Assembly: GCA_964504255.1 (NCBI GenBank)
Contig: CAZDDU010000001.1
Location: 99,512-163,511 of the forward strand
Length of the DNA stretch: 64,000 nucleotides
From: an uncultured Candidatus Saccharibacteria bacterium
GTDB taxonomy: Bacteria; Patescibacteriota; Minisyncoccia; Phycocordibacterales; Zambryskibacteraceae
Direction: 5' to 3'
Within the stretch, counting starts at the first letter, position 1; each line of letters starts with the position of its first letter. The notes under the pieces were generated by a model that saw only the letters and a program-made list of their open reading frames with translations, made no database searches and had not been told where the DNA came from. This document shows positions 17,639 to 27,570 of this stretch, piece after piece. The translations under genes were made by a program, and so were the position numbers.

Positions 17639-18445
17639 TTACTGATCCTTCATAAGCACGAGGAGTGCGGCTCTTGCTTCCTCGGCACTCTTGTACACCC
17701 TGGTCTTCACAGTGATGTTCGGTACCTTCACTGGATTCGAGAGGACACCCAAGGGTTCTTGTGAGTCTGTGCGTCGAAACATTACTCCAGCAGATGATGT
17801 GATCTTAGTCACTCCATCACGAACGCACATAAGGGACTTAACCTCGTACGAGCTCTCAAGGAAGTACACAGCCTTCTGCTGGCTGAAGTAGTTCACATTC
17901 GCCAGCCCATTCTTCACATCTTTGATCCGCCAGATGTGGTCGTTGCCATACTCCTTCCAGAGTGGTCTGCCAAAGGCATCGAACTCAGTAACTCTCCAGA
18001 AGCCCGAGTAGAAGCGAGTCTTACTCGCAACCTCTAGACCATTCGTTGTGTCACTTGGGTTCTGTACATTCCAGTCGGAGTTTTGAAGCAGGTTTGCCCC
18101 AGTACTACCGTATGGGTAGATGTTGTAACCGTAGTAGTTCCTCGCCGCGATGAAGAAAGTCTTACCCTCTTCGATCATGAAGCTTGTTCTATACTCGTCG
18201 GGCAGACGCCGTATCCACCAAGGTAGACCCAGGTAGTATGCACCTGTGTCTGGTGGGGTAGGACTTACATAGATGTCACTCATCTCGATCCAATAGGGTG
18301 GATTCGAGTCGATCATGATGATGTCGACGACGCACATTTGTTTGGGCTCTTCGGGCTCAATGATCGTCGGCCTCTCCTCAGAAGTGCAGTTGAGCACAAT
18401 GCTGAACAAGAGGAAGAGCAAGATAACTCTGATAACTCGGCGCAT
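17639..18445 (-). CDS. hypothetical lipoprotein / secreted protein
   Basis: Signal peptide MRRVIRVILLFLLFSIVLNCTSE; no known domain. Confidence 0.5.
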   Translation of the reverse strand: MRRVIRVILLFLLFSIVLNCTSEERPTIIEPEEPKQMCVVDIIMIDSNPPYWIEMSDIYVSPTPPDTGAYYLGLPWWIRRLPDEYRTSFMIEEGKTFFIAARNYYGYNIYPYGSTGANLLQNSDWNVQNPSDTTNGLEVASKTRFYSGFWRVTEFDAFGRPLWKEYGNDHIWRIKDVKNGLANVNYFSQQKAVYFLESSYEVKSLMCVRDGVTKITSSAGVMFRRTDSQEPLGVLSNPVKVPNITVKTRVYKSAEEARAALLVLMKDQ

Positions 18446-18592
18446 GCTACATCTCCAAGTCGGGGGAGTGTATGAGAAGAACTTCTAGTCGCATATTGCT
18501 CTTCGGTTAGAGCCTTGTCAAACAATTTTTATAAAAAAGCACCCCCGCGACATCTCTGTCGTCAGGGGTTTTCTCTCGGCCGAGCTCTAGGC

Positions 18593-19024
18593 TCAGCCCT
18601 TGCCGAGGGCGGGTACAGCGGTGACGCTGAAGGTGGAGGTCCGCGACGGATTCGATTGATCGTAAACCGAAATCAATGCTTCGCCGGGATTCTTGGCGGC
18701 GAAATCGACGTAGAGTCTCCACGTCACCCGCTCGCAGTTAGGGGAGCACGGCTCGTCCATGGCGGGATACGCATACAAGCGGATCGTCATGTCCGGGTTG
18801 CCCGAGACCTCCTTCACCTTGTAGTCGAGCTGGGGTGCGCGACCGGCTGGGGCGTAGAAGTTCATCGACTGGGAGTGGAAGTTCCCAACCTGGATCTCGA
18901 AGGAGAGCCATTCGAACGGCGGGAGCTCGATCTTCTCCTCGACGACGGGCGCGAGGATCTCCTTGGTGCAGCCGGTGAGCGTGAGCGACATGAAGATCAT
19001 GACGAGCGAGAGCAGACGACGCAT
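18593..19024 (-). CDS. hypothetical lipoprotein
   Basis: Signal peptide + lipobox LTGC; GC-rich; preferred over antisense ORF 18515..19171. Confidence 0.5.
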   Translation of the reverse strand: MRRLLSLVMIFMSLTLTGCTKEILAPVVEEKIELPPFEWLSFEIQVGNFHSQSMNFYAPAGRAPQLDYKVKEVSGNPDMTIRLYAYPAMDEPCSPNCERVTWRLYVDFAAKNPGEALISVYDQSNPSRTSTFSVTAVPALGKG

Positions 19025-19098
19025 GGACTACCTCCGAACGGGGTGGATTTGTTGCGGGGAACTTCTGCCTATATTATATTACACAAATGCCCATTTTG

Positions 19099-19533
19099 TC
19101 AAGCCCTGGCTAAACGCTTCTTCTTGAACACTTTTTTCAAAAACTTTCTTAATTTAAATATTTCCATATGAAAGAATGGGGTGAACCAGTCGATAGAAGC
19201 AGTGAAGAGGATTCCACCAGTAAAGAAGGTTGAGTGCTGCACAGTTTTAGATGCGAGAGAGACATCAAAAAGTTTATGCATATAGTAGGGGAGGAAGCCG
19301 ACTGAGGTGAGGTTCACCCCAGTTTGTCCCGCAAGATCGCGGAAGCGTTGCTCGACAATGGTCAACGGACAGTTGCCGTAGTATGACCAGAGTATGACGA
19401 TGAGCACCAAGGCTCCCGCCTCCCAAGGACGAAATCTCTTATATCTAAATGAGAGCAAAAGTCCAAGTACTACAGCAATAAGGGTGGCGACGTGTGCGAG
19501 GGCGGTTAGGTTCGCGAGTAGTGCATAATTCAT
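19099..19533 (-). CDS. hypothetical integral membrane protein
   Basis: 3-4 TM helices, Lys-rich C-terminus. Confidence 0.45.
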   Translation of the reverse strand: MNYALLANLTALAHVATLIAVVLGLLLSFRYKRFRPWEAGALVLIVILWSYYGNCPLTIVEQRFRDLAGQTGVNLTSVGFLPYYMHKLFDVSLASKTVQHSTFFTGGILFTASIDWFTPFFHMEIFKLRKFLKKVFKKKRLARA

Positions 19534-19600
19534 TCCGATAATTTTAGCACAAAGAAAAACACCATTCGGATTCTTTCGAATTCAAATGGTGTTGTTGTGC

Positions 19601-20173
19601 CTACGGGCAAGTAGTTTTGACAGTGAGGACGATGTCGCTTACTCCCATAGTGGCGGTGACATTGTCACCAGAAACGGTTTTCACCCTGATCGAGTCACTC
19701 ATGATCGAGAAGGTGTACGAACCAGCAGTCGGAGGGTTGGGGACACTGCCCTTGAGGGTTGTTCGCCACTTGCCTCCTGGCAGGATCGCAGACAATGTAC
19801 CGAACTGGATGTACGAAGCGATTGAGTCCGTCTGCGCATCGATGTTTGGGGTGATACTGTTGTCGCTGTTCCGCCATGAAGGGCTGAACTGCCACACCTT
19901 TATGCCAACAACAGTGCGCGCGGTCATTCTGACCGTGAGTTGCTTTGGTACGATTGAAGCTGTGCTCGAAGTGTTCTCGAACTCGACAGTGCCCATGTTG
20001 AGCGAGTCACTTGGTGTGTCGAGTCTCGCACACACACCCGGAGCGAGGAAGCGCACAGTCGCGCCGACAGTCTCGGGTCCGGGCTCGGTCGTACCTCCCT
20101 CGCCACAAGCAGTGATGAGGGAGATGAGGCCGATCAGGCTGAGGATCACGAACCTGCGGATGCTAGCAGTCAT
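19601..20173 (-). CDS. hypothetical lipoprotein
   Basis: Signal peptide + lipobox LITAC; preferred over antisense ORF 19617..20216. Confidence 0.5.
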   Translation of the reverse strand: MTASIRRFVILSLIGLISLITACGEGGTTEPGPETVGATVRFLAPGVCARLDTPSDSLNMGTVEFENTSSTASIVPKQLTVRMTARTVVGIKVWQFSPSWRNSDNSITPNIDAQTDSIASYIQFGTLSAILPGGKWRTTLKGSVPNPPTAGSYTFSIMSDSIRVKTVSGDNVTATMGVSDIVLTVKTTCP

Positions 20174-20251
20174 TGGCCCCTCCGGGTCAATAGGGTTTGG
20201 AGAACTACATATCTGAAAGCCATTAGACTCCTATCATGTGTTCTTGTCAAC

Positions 20252-20270
20252 TTTATTCAAAATGGATTTT
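20252..20270. repeat. 19-bp direct repeat, left copy
   Basis: tttattcaaaatggatttt identical to 21101-21119; the copy equals the last 6 codons + stop of recG read on minus strand. Confidence 0.8.
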
Positions 20271-20371
20271 GTAGGTGGAGCAGGAGAGACGGTTTTTTGA
20301 CATCCGTATTTTAAGGAGTACCTTGGTATTTGAGAGGTACGCCTCTCATAACCTTCACTGGAGGATCGGGT

Positions 20372-21082
20372 ATGCCCGAGACCACAGGAAACAAAGTTCT
20401 TTCCACGGGTGTTCTGACTCGTACGACTCCGCTTAGTCTGTCGGACTGGGAGGTTCTCATCGAGGATCGGGTGGCCATGCTCAGGCCTCATTGGGATGAG
20501 TTGGCGACGAGAGAACTCGCCACCGCCTTCCACTTGAGGAGTTGCAGTACTCGCAGGCATTTGATCAGGGAGGATGACCCTAAGTTCGAGAGGATTTTTC
20601 CCGATGGATCAAGGGATAAGAACTTCGAATTGGAGAGAGCTCTCTACGGGGATGAATTCAAGGCTCGGCGAGTGACGATTCCCAATTCTGGCTACGTGCC
20701 GGATGGTTTGCTGGGGGATTACGGAGCTCGTGATGGGGTGCTACTTAGTTGGCGGATCATGGAGAGCCGGACTTGGTCGATCGTGAGGGTTCACTTTATT
20801 GGTATTCGTGACCCAGAAGTCGACAAGCTGGATGACAGTCATGCGATGAACATCGCTGGCTGGTTCAGTGGGTATGAGAAGGCGACTCTAGTAGAGGTGC
20901 AGCCAATGGAGCTTGGCGAGCTCATCCAGACTCTTGCCATCAACCCTCTTGAGATCTGGCTCCGATTGGGTGAGGCGCTAATCCAACTCACCAGTCATCG
21001 CCGCCGTCTCTACGAGTCACTCCAAGCGCTCGAACGTAGGGTTCAGCGCGAGGAAGAGATGTTCCGTCATGTTCCCAACTGA
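20372..21082 (+). CDS. hypothetical protein (236 aa), GC-rich cargo gene of a DR-flanked insertion
   Basis: GGAGGA RBS before ATG at 20372; no recognisable domain; terminated by hairpin shared with recG. Confidence 0.45.
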   Translation: MPETTGNKVLSTGVLTRTTPLSLSDWEVLIEDRVAMLRPHWDELATRELATAFHLRSCSTRRHLIREDDPKFERIFPDGSRDKNFELERALYGDEFKARRVTIPNSGYVPDGLLGDYGARDGVLLSWRIMESRTWSIVRVHFIGIRDPEVDKLDDSHAMNIAGWFSGYEKATLVEVQPMELGELIQTLAINPLEIWLRLGEALIQLTSHRRRLYESLQALERRVQREEEMFRHVPN

Positions 21083-21104
21083 GAGCCTTGCTCTCAGTTT
21101 TTTA
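21080..21104. terminator. bidirectional intrinsic terminator
   Basis: tgagagc-cttg-ctctca + TTTTTT. Confidence 0.5.
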
Positions 21105-21119
21105 TTCAAAATGGATTTT
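21101..21119. repeat. 19-bp direct repeat, right copy (recG 3' end)
   Basis: tttattcaaaatggatttt. Confidence 0.8.
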
Positions 21120-23258
21120 TTGTTCTGAGGATCCCAATCTCTTGCTTAGTTTTGGATACTTTTTTAATTCGGGATCCGTTTCAATAATCTTTACTGCCTC
21201 AGTGCGAGCCGCTTCGACCATCTTGAGGTTCTTAATAGCTTCCATTCCAATGTCCGAGATGCCCCATTGTTTTAGACCACCAAGTTCGCCGGCACCACGC
21301 TGACGAAGATCGTGCTCTGCAAGTTCGAACCCATTCTTTGCTGTTTTGAGCGCCCTCAATCTCTCAATAGAAGTTTGAGAAGTCGAGTCAGTGAAGACAT
21401 AGGCGTACGGCTGGTGAGTACCACGAAGCACTCGTCCACGAAGTTGATGAAGTTGTGAGAGACCAAAGCGCTCTGCACCTTCGATAACTATCACACTAGC
21501 ATTCTCCACGTTCACTCCCACTTCGACTACCGATGTAGAGACGAGTATATCCAATCTTCCTTCCTTAAACTCATTCATCACTCTCTCCTTTTCATCTGTG
21601 CTCATCTTCGAATGCATGATACCTATCTCGTATTCGGGGAAGATGCTTTTCTTCAACCTTTTTGCTTCTTCTTTAACCGACTTCGCTTGCACGGCAAATT
21701 CTTTGTCTGGGTCTGGTTCGTCTATGCGTGGACAGATAATGTATGCTTGGCGACCCTTCACGAGTTCCTCGCGTATCTTTTCGTAAGTTTCTTTACGCTT
21801 GCTTGGGAGGACTATCTCAGTAATTATTTTTTTCCTTCCTTCTGGCATCTCGTCTAGTAGAGTGAGATCAAGGTCGCCGTAGAGTGTAAGTGCGAGAGTG
21901 CGAGGTATGGGAGTAGCCGTCATTGAGAGTAGGTGGGGTGCGACCTTGTCTTTATTTACCAGAGCTTGTCTTTGCTTCGTGCCGAAGCGATGTTGCTCGT
22001 CAATTACAGCTAACGCCAGGTGTTTGAAGGAGACTGACTTCTGTATCAGAGCATGAGTGCCTATGACTATAGCAATTTCACCATTAGCCACCCACTTCTT
22101 GAGCTGGGGTCGAGAGATGTCAGTTGGGTTTTCTGGATTCACCTTGCTTGGGAATTTCTTGCAACCTGCTCCTGTGATGAGAGCGATGTTTATCGGCATG
22201 TGTCTAAAGAGCTTGATAAACGAGTCGAAGTGTTGCTTGGCCAGTATCTCAGTTGGTGCCATGATCGCCGTTTGCAACGTACCGAAGCTCTGGCCCTTGG
22301 GTTTCGAGGTTGTAATAGCGTATGCGAGCGTGGCTGCGACAGCAGTCTTGCCACTGCCCACATCTCCTTCTAGAAGCCTAGACATTGGGTACCCACGACG
22401 GAAGTCATCAAGCGCAGCTTCGACCGCTCTCCTCTGAGCTTTCGTTGCCTCGAAGGGGAATCTAGATATAAACTTTTCTACGTCATCCACACCCTTCTCA
22501 ATCTTGAAGGCATTCTGTATTTGGAATAAATGCTTGGACCTCTGCTTCTCTAATTGGATAAAAAATATTTCCTCGAAGGCAAATCTTTTCCTTGCTACTT
22601 CAGCGTCACTAAGTTTTTTGGGTGTATGGATATAGAGGAGTGCGGTGCGGAGAGAGGGGAGAGAATACTTTTTCAAACTATTTTCTGGTATTGGATCTTC
22701 TAGTTTGTCGAGGACACCACTAAGGAAGATGTTTTGAATCTTATGCATGATCCAGTTACTCGTTAGCCCCTTCGTCTCTCTGTATACTGGGTAGAGAGCA
22801 TGGACACCACTCTCTTCACCAAAGAGTGATACTCCGATAGTCTCTGGGAGTTTATCTACCTGCTCGACCTTGGGGTTTGAGAAGTAGAGTTCATTTCTTC
22901 TTTCACTTACTTTGCCCTCAATACGTACGAAGCCTCCTTCATGGAGCATCTTCGCAAGGTACGCTTGGTGGAACCAAACTATTTTTATCTTCTCTGACCC
23001 GTCTGTTACCCAAGCCTCTGACATTGGGATCTTCTTAGTCCAAGCTTTTTTGGTTTCTAGTCCTGTGATCTTGCCGAAGATGGTGGCTGTCTCTCCTTTC
23101 TTAAGTGAGGCAATGTTACTCACTTCTGCTGTGTCGGTATAGCGAGTGGGGAAGTGATAAAGTATGTCCTCGATAGTGAGTAGTCCGAGTCTCTTCAGAG
23201 CCTTCTCTTGTGCAGGAAGTATCCGGAAGTGTGTCTTGAGGTTATCCCTTAAATTCAT
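21102..23258 (-). CDS. recG: ATP-dependent DNA helicase RecG
   Basis: Wedge domain; helicase motif I GDVGSGKTAVAA; DEQHRFG; motif VI QLRGRVGR-like. Confidence 0.85.
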   Translation of the reverse strand: MNLRDNLKTHFRILPAQEKALKRLGLLTIEDILYHFPTRYTDTAEVSNIASLKKGETATIFGKITGLETKKAWTKKIPMSEAWVTDGSEKIKIVWFHQAYLAKMLHEGGFVRIEGKVSERRNELYFSNPKVEQVDKLPETIGVSLFGEESGVHALYPVYRETKGLTSNWIMHKIQNIFLSGVLDKLEDPIPENSLKKYSLPSLRTALLYIHTPKKLSDAEVARKRFAFEEIFFIQLEKQRSKHLFQIQNAFKIEKGVDDVEKFISRFPFEATKAQRRAVEAALDDFRRGYPMSRLLEGDVGSGKTAVAATLAYAITTSKPKGQSFGTLQTAIMAPTEILAKQHFDSFIKLFRHMPINIALITGAGCKKFPSKVNPENPTDISRPQLKKWVANGEIAIVIGTHALIQKSVSFKHLALAVIDEQHRFGTKQRQALVNKDKVAPHLLSMTATPIPRTLALTLYGDLDLTLLDEMPEGRKKIITEIVLPSKRKETYEKIREELVKGRQAYIICPRIDEPDPDKEFAVQAKSVKEEAKRLKKSIFPEYEIGIMHSKMSTDEKERVMNEFKEGRLDILVSTSVVEVGVNVENASVIVIEGAERFGLSQLHQLRGRVLRGTHQPYAYVFTDSTSQTSIERLRALKTAKNGFELAEHDLRQRGAGELGGLKQWGISDIGMEAIKNLKMVEAARTEAVKIIETDPELKKYPKLSKRLGSSEQKIHFE

Positions 23259-23300
23259 TTTTCTATTTTACCCTTAAAAGGATAGAATAGGGTCTATTGT

Positions 23301-23945
23301 ATGAAGGACTTTTTCAAGACATTGCCAGAGAATATAGCTGAAAACTTCAAGGGTCTTAACCTCGTTTGGAACGCTCTTGCTATAGTTATAACTTTTTTAG
23401 TGGTTACTTTGGGTGTTGATTGGTACTACTTTCTCCTAACCAGGAGTGACTTTGTAATTCTCTTCTCTTGGCCAGCCGCTGTGCTCGGAGGATTGCTGCC
23501 CATTTTGCTTCCCCTCACCTTACTTATTTACGGTAGGCGTAAGAGTAGAACGAATCTTGTTATTCTGGCATGGGCACTAGCACAGGCTGCACTTATTGGT
23601 TCACTCGTCTCTTCTTTCTACAAGTCTTTAACGGGCCGTATTCAACCAGATTTGGCTAACACACTTATTGACTCTAGTCGGCAATTTAATTTTGGATTTT
23701 TGGAGCATGGAGTCTTTTGGGGTTGGCCGTCTTCGCATACCACCATTGCCTTTGCTATGGCGCTTACACTAGTTGCCTTATACCCAGATAATAAGAAGTT
23801 GAGATTCTTCGCTATTCTTTATGCAATATATATTGGCCTTGGTGTCTCAACCACCATACACTGGCTTTCCGAATTTCTCGCTGGCGCAATTATTGGCTCT
23901 GTTATAGGCATGGTTGTTGGCAAGAGTTTCAAGAAAAGATTATGA
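23301..23945 (+). CDS. PAP2-family membrane phosphatase-like protein
   Basis: KSLTGRIQP (KX6RP), PSSH (PSGH), 5-6 TM helices. Confidence 0.5.
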   Translation: MKDFFKTLPENIAENFKGLNLVWNALAIVITFLVVTLGVDWYYFLLTRSDFVILFSWPAAVLGGLLPILLPLTLLIYGRRKSRTNLVILAWALAQAALIGSLVSSFYKSLTGRIQPDLANTLIDSSRQFNFGFLEHGVFWGWPSSHTTIAFAMALTLVALYPDNKKLRFFAILYAIYIGLGVSTTIHWLSEFLAGAIIGSVIGMVVGKSFKKRL

Positions 23946-23957
23946 AAAAGCCGCGGA

Positions 23958-24236
23958 CTACTGTCCGCGGCGCCTGACCACTTCATCCCTGAAGAGTCTG
24001 AGAAGGTCTCCGTCGAGACCGAGGTCACCGTTCTCACGGACTCTGATGAGATTCTTCTCAAGCAGAGAGTCGGCTGCTCCCTTGAAGTCGGCACTGCTCA
24101 TGCGAGTCTCCACCTCAACAAGATTAAAATCGATGTACTCCACACCTCCAGCTACAGAGAGTTCATTGAAGAGAACTGAGGCGATCAGAGCCTCTTTGAA
24201 GTTAAGTGTGTACCACGCCGGCGAATGGTCGAGCAA
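23958..24236 (-). CDS. hypothetical protein (92 aa)
   Basis: Downstream of the ECF sigma gene but separated from it by a terminator; no anti-sigma zinc motif. Confidence 0.3.
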   Translation of the reverse strand: MLDHSPAWYTLNFKEALIASVLFNELSVAGGVEYIDFNLVEVETRMSSADFKGAADSLLEKNLIRVRENGDLGLDGDLLRLFRDEVVRRRGQ

Positions 24237-24312
24237 TGCTACTCCTATGTTAAGTTGTCTACGTACAATTATAACCTATTTTTATTATGTAGTCAATGAA
24301 AAAGCGTACCCA

Positions 24313-24942
24313 CTAGGTACGCTCGCGTCTGATCAGTCTCCTGGCAAGACGAGTGATCTCACCCTCAGCCCGGTTCACATCTGACTTCACGGTGCCTTGT
24401 GGGCACATCATGATTAATGCAGTCTCGGCGATGGTATGGCGCTCGAGTCTCCGGAGTTCGAAGATCCTTCTCCTTCTTTCCGGTATCCGCTTGAGACATT
24501 CAGCGAGTACGAGTCTTGCTTCTCGTTCTCTTATAGCGATTTCCGGGTCTTGCCTCGGATCCTCAAACTCGATCTCCCTGTCTCCAGTTTCACTTTTTTT
24601 GATTGGCTGGAAGAGGGAGATTATGTTTCTTTTACGACTACGAATCTCATTCGAGCATAGTCTTGAAGCTATGGTATAGATCCAAGTAGAGAACTTCCTT
24701 GTCGGATCATATTTCTCGAGATGTCGCCAGACTCTGAAGAAGGTCTCTTGGACGATGTCCTCTGATCTCTCTTTGTCGCCCACCATGCTTTGTACAAACC
24801 GCAGGAGTTTCTTCTCGTACTTCTGGTGGAGAAGTTCGAAGGCTCGTTCATCACCTTTGAGGTGTCTCGCTACTAGTTCGTTGTCCTCATCATGGAACTC
24901 TGGATTATCTCTGACTCGTCTCACAGCCCTCGCTCTTGGCAT
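24313..24942 (-). CDS. ECF-type RNA polymerase sigma factor
   Basis: Region 2 (DIVQETFFRVWRHLEKYDP...FSTWIYTIA) and region 4 HTH. Confidence 0.75.
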   Translation of the reverse strand: MPRARAVRRVRDNPEFHDEDNELVARHLKGDERAFELLHQKYEKKLLRFVQSMVGDKERSEDIVQETFFRVWRHLEKYDPTRKFSTWIYTIASRLCSNEIRSRKRNIISLFQPIKKSETGDREIEFEDPRQDPEIAIREREARLVLAECLKRIPERRRRIFELRRLERHTIAETALIMMCPQGTVKSDVNRAEGEITRLARRLIRRERT

Positions 24943-25004
24943 GTTCGGGTCCTCTGAGTGGGGTTTGGGTACAGTCTGGGGATGATTTTGCTCCTCCTTA
25001 AACT

Positions 25005-25394
25005 TTATTGCAAATGAGATTCACCGTTTCTGACTCTTTTCCTGTGTGCGAGGAAGCCCCATGTATTGAAGATGAGGAAGGCTACTATAGAGCAGATGAC
25101 TACTGAAAGACTTATGCTCATGTCACGTCCAAGATAGAAGTAGAGGACAGCAAGGAAGCCCAAGAAGTCGAATACCACATCCATTACCATGTTTGATATG
25201 TGTTCCTTTATGCCGAGAGTCACTTCTACGGCCTCCCAACCTACAAAGAGCATCGATGCTACAACGAAGGAGAGTGTAAGTTCTGTGTTGAAGTAGAAGA
25301 GTGTGGATGCGAGCACCACTCCCGAGAGAGTGTGAGTAATACTCCAAAGATCGTAATGTCTACCTTCCTTCCAATGATGTGCGAATCCTTTCAT
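25005..25394 (-). CDS. hypothetical integral membrane protein
   Basis: 4 TM helices. Confidence 0.45.
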   Translation of the reverse strand: MKGFAHHWKEGRHYDLWSITHTLSGVVLASTLFYFNTELTLSFVVASMLFVGWEAVEVTLGIKEHISNMVMDVVFDFLGFLAVLYFYLGRDMSISLSVVICSIVAFLIFNTWGFLAHRKRVRNGESHLQ

Positions 25395-25461
25395 GCACGA
25401 AGCATATCACACTAGGTTGCTTAGTCTGTTACAATGTTTCTATTAACATAATCTAACCACC

Positions 25462-25812
25462 ATGCTTATCTCACTACTCGACTACTTCGACATTGGCTTA
25501 CTTCTTCTTAGGCTCACAGTTGGAGCGATATTCATCGTCCACGCAATACCTAAGTTCAAGGACAAGGAGTGGATGCCTCTCGGGGTAGTAGAGGTCTTAG
25601 GTGGTATAGCAGTCGCACTAGGCATCTTTACTCAACTAGCGGCTCTCGGTCTCTCGATCATCATGGTCGGTGCTATCTACATGAAGTCGAGAAAGTGGGG
25701 GATACCATTCACCACCCAGAGTTCTACTGGTTGGGAGTTCGACTTACTTATCCTTGTGGCGAACATTGTCATTGTTACAACTGGTGGAGGTGCCCTAGTA
25801 CTCTTCTCATAA
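25462..25812 (+). CDS. DoxX-family membrane protein
   Basis: LLRLTVGAIFIVHAIPKF and 4-TM topology typical of DoxX. Confidence 0.6.
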   Translation: MLISLLDYFDIGLLLLRLTVGAIFIVHAIPKFKDKEWMPLGVVEVLGGIAVALGIFTQLAALGLSIIMVGAIYMKSRKWGIPFTTQSSTGWEFDLLILVANIVIVTTGGGALVLFS

Positions 25813-25816
25813 ATAT

Positions 25817-26149
25817 ATGAAGACTCTCATACATCTATTACTCTCAGCGTTGGCTATATTCGTTACTGCTTACTTACTCCCAGGAGTTGAGGTAGATACT
25901 TGGGTTACTTACTTTATTCTTGCTGTAGTCTTGGGTGCGATCAACATCTTCATAAGGCCCATTCTTACCTTACTTACTCTCCCTCTCTCGATCATCACTC
26001 TGGGTCTATTCTCAGTAGTTATCAACGCCTTTATGGTGATGCTTGCTGACAGGATCGTTCCTGGTTTTTCTGTTGACGGTTTTGTCTCCGCACTTCTCTT
26101 CGGGATCGTTCTCGGAGTAGTTACTTTTGTACTTAAGAGGTTTGATTAA
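25817..26149 (+). CDS. DUF360 / phage-holin-4-like membrane protein
   Basis: LPGVEVDTW...AINIFIRPILTLLTLPLSIITLGLF...VPGFSVDGF pattern of the YvlD family. Confidence 0.5.
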   Translation: MKTLIHLLLSALAIFVTAYLLPGVEVDTWVTYFILAVVLGAINIFIRPILTLLTLPLSIITLGLFSVVINAFMVMLADRIVPGFSVDGFVSALLFGIVLGVVTFVLKRFD

Positions 26150-27075
26150 CTGCTTAGTGTGAACTCGACAATCACATAGGTTATCCAAAGTAGCGCAAGG
26201 ATCGCACCTTCCTTCACACTGATCTTTCTGTTTGTATGCATAAAGTTCACGAGCATCATCGCTCCGAGGAACATGAACCCTCCAGTAATGTAAATAATTT
26301 TTGTGGGGAAGGCGAATGGCGATATGACTGCAAGTATGCCGACAACTATAGTTGCGTCAGCAAGCACTGTGCCCAAGAGGTCGCCGACAGCCAGACTGTC
26401 CTCCTCACGCTCGACAGACTTGAGAGAGAAGAAGAGTTCGGGCATAGTGGTCCCAAGACCGACGATGAGCATGCCGATAAGTACTGGACTAATGCCCAAA
26501 GCGAGCGCAAGCGAGCTAGCAGATGAGACGGTGAAGTGGGATCCAACTAGCAGGAGTGCTACAGAGAAGGTGAGTAGGTAGAGACTCTTGTACGCTTTCA
26601 CCGCTGTGTGTTGAGTGGGGGAGTCGCTCACTCCACCTTTAAATATTTTGTAGTAGAAGTAGCTTCCCGCGATAATGAGGAAGATCCCTTCGAGTCTAGA
26701 GTAATACCCATTGAGTCCAAAAATAAGTGGTATGAGGATAAAGAGAGGGAAAAACTCAGTGCTGCTTAGAACTTTGTTGCTAACTCTAACACCTCGCCCG
26801 ATATGGAAGATGAGTATGGCGAAGATGATCGTGAGATCAGCGACATTCGAGCCGAAGAGTGTACCGAGTCCGAACTCGGGCATTCCGGCTAGAGCCGAGT
26901 TAATCGCGATCATGGTCTCAGGGAGTATCGAGATGAGTGCTACGACAATGAAACCGATAACATAGCGAGAGATGTGGAAGCTCTGGGCTAGTCTCGTCGC
27001 ATGCTTGGTGGACATGGTAGAACCACGTATAACGAGGAAGAGCGAGCCGACGAAGATAAAGATACTTTCTGCCAT
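26146..27075 (-). CDS. Ca2+/Na+ antiporter (CaCA / YrbG family)
   Basis: Two alpha-repeats GSNVADLTIIFAI and GTTMPELFFS; 10 TM helices. Confidence 0.7.
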   Translation of the reverse strand: MAESIFIFVGSLFLVIRGSTMSTKHATRLAQSFHISRYVIGFIVVALISILPETMIAINSALAGMPEFGLGTLFGSNVADLTIIFAILIFHIGRGVRVSNKVLSSTEFFPLFILIPLIFGLNGYYSRLEGIFLIIAGSYFYYKIFKGGVSDSPTQHTAVKAYKSLYLLTFSVALLLVGSHFTVSSASSLALALGISPVLIGMLIVGLGTTMPELFFSLKSVEREEDSLAVGDLLGTVLADATIVVGILAVISPFAFPTKIIYITGGFMFLGAMMLVNFMHTNRKISVKEGAILALLWITYVIVEFTLSS

Positions 27076-27156
27076 CCTTTGATTATATCCGTATTTCGCA
27101 CCCCGAGCACTTTTTTTGTTATAGTATCAACTGTAACCAGATTAATTGATAATAAA

Positions 27157-27570
27157 ATGAACATGAGTAGAGAGAAAATGGTGGACGTTGCCTTCGTGCT
27201 CCTTAGAGTAGTCGCAGGATTATTATTCCTTCAACATGGTGGTCAAAAGATTTTTGGCTGGTTTGGTTCAGGTATGAGTATTGGTGCGCTACCAACCTTG
27301 ATAGCAATTGCCGGCCTTCTTGAAACCATAGGTGGGTTACTAATAGTGGTGGGTGCTTTTGTAAGACCAGTCGCCTTTATCCTATCAGGTGAGATGGCCG
27401 TAGCTTACTTCATGGCACACTTCGCCAAAGGTTTTTGGCCGATACAAAATGGGGGTGAGGCAGCAGCTCTCTTCGCATTCATCTTTCTATTTCTTGCTGC
27501 ACAGGGTGCAGGTAAGTGGAGTATTGATGATTGGATGAAGAACAGGAAGATGGGTGTTCAGCAGGTGTAA
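27157..27570 (+). CDS. DoxX-family membrane protein
   Basis: Internal ATG; VLLRVVAGLLFLQHGGQKIFGWFG DoxX N-terminus. Confidence 0.6.
   Translation: MNMSREKMVDVAFVLLRVVAGLLFLQHGGQKIFGWFGSGMSIGALPTLIAIAGLLETIGGLLIVVGAFVRPVAFILSGEMAVAYFMAHFAKGFWPIQNGGEAAALFAFIFLFLAAQGAGKWSIDDWMKNRKMGVQQV

Noticed and set aside
18515-19171. 218-aa plus-strand ORF
   Set aside because: It is antisense to a lipoprotein gene in GC-rich DNA and its translation is low-complexity (Gly/Arg/Asp/Leu runs). The minus-strand gene has a signal peptide and lipobox.
19617-20216. 199-aa plus-strand ORF
   Set aside because: It is antisense to the lipoprotein 19601..20173, by the same argument.
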